From contig NC_058379.1 of the NCBI RefSeq assembly GCF_018350175.1, forward strand, positions 64,914,001-64,978,000: DNA of 64,000 nucleotides, given 5' to 3'. This DNA comes from Felis catus. Its lineage: Eukaryota. Position numbers and translations under genes: made by a program. This document shows positions 63,130 to 64,000 of the stretch, in pieces. Every line of letters begins with the position of its first letter. Within the stretch, counting starts at the first letter, position 1. The notes under the pieces are model-generated. The model saw only the letters and a list, made by a program, of their open reading frames with translations, was not told the DNA's origin and ran no database searches.

Positions 63130-63840
63130 TGTTAGCCTTTTGATACATATTATTACTAGCAGTTGAGTCTGCTTGGATATGTTGGTACGTGTGTATGTAT
63201 ACATTTTACACAAAAAGAATCATACTATGCATGCTAGATTTTAGCTGATTTCTCACTTAATATATTACAAACATATTGTTTTTCAGGAAACTCAATGAAT
63301 ATATTTATAAATTCAAATACTTAAAGTTTACATAGCATATTTGGGGCACCTGGGTGGCGCAGTCGGTTAAGCGTCCGACTTCAGCCAGGTCACGATCTCG
63401 CAGTCCGTGAGTTCGAGCCCCGCGTCAGGCTCTGAGCTGATGGCTCAGAGCCTGGAGCCTGTTTCCGATTCAGTGTCTCCCTCTCTCTCTGCCCCTCCCC
63501 CGTTCATGCTCTGTCTCTCTCTGTCCCAAAAATAAATAAACGTTGAAAAAAAAATTTAAAAAAAAAGTTTACATAGCATATTCTACTTCACATAGTGTAA
63601 ATTTTAAACTAATTCCACTGTTGAATATTTTGTTTATTTCCAATTTCTCAATACTATTAACAACACTTCAGTGAACATCCTTGTACAAACATCTTTGAAC
63701 ATTTGTCTGATTATTTCTTCAGGATAAATTCTAAAAATGAGACTTCTTGGTTAAACCATGTTTATAATTTCAAGTACTTTACATATTGCCAAATTCTGCC
63801 ACAAGCTTTTACTAGCTTACATTGCTATGACAGTGTGTTT
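63130..63840 (-). mobile_element. Old L1ME 3' fragment
   Basis: 'gaatcatactatgcatgc', 'ttatttccaatttctcaatactattaacaacacttcagtgaacatccttgtaca', 'attgccaaattctgcc'. Confidence 0.7.
63343..63563 (+). mobile_element. Young Can-SINE (SINEC_Fc type)
   Basis: CpG-rich consensus-like sequence; perfect 19-bp TSD aaagtttacatagcatatt at 63323-63341 and 63564-63582. Confidence 0.97.
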
Positions 63841-64000
63841 CTCTTTAATCAAGGGCAATACCCTGATGAGCTTTTGGAGGAAGGGAGGGAGAGAGAAAGA
63901 GAGATTGATTCTGGAGTGTACCAAAATCTGTTTCTATTAATTATTTAATTTTCATTTTAGTTGATGCTTAACTTTTAGAACCTATCAATTTAGTAATATT

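Noticed and set aside
1-64000. A novel multi-gene system or an identifiable host gene
   Set aside because: No exon series, intact CDS or promoter is supported; the locus cannot be identified from sequence alone

Overview
This is AT-rich, CpG-depleted mammalian genomic DNA from a felid: about 15 carnivore Can-SINEs are present, three of them the young, CpG-intact cat SINEC_Fc type. There is one 148-N scaffold gap. I see no intact protein-coding gene, RNA gene or CpG-island promoter, so the window is intergenic or deep intronic, and the ORF track reflects repeats and chance. Much of it is layered transposable-element debris: MIR, L2, old L1M, MaLR/ERVL LTRs, hAT-Charlie MERs and Can-SINEs. Repeat subfamily names come from remembered consensus motifs, and boundaries of old elements are approximate. 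The most notable structures are: (i) an ancient ~6 kb ERVL provirus with both LTRs and recognisable RT, RNase H and integrase motifs (49170-55150, minus); (ii) a TSD-flanked, polyadenylated retrocopy of an unidentified mRNA 3' end, possibly 5'-inverted (36561-37013); (iii) a twin-primed L1 joining inverted 5'UTR/ORF1 directly to the last ~90 bp of the 3'UTR (29235-30355); (iv) an L2 fragment lying anachronistically inside a Can-SINE insertion (35483-36066); (v) a relatively young solo ERV LTR; (vi) a solo poly(A) TPRT insertion; (vii) a candidate 6-nt microexon. I found no evidence for a wholly new biological system.
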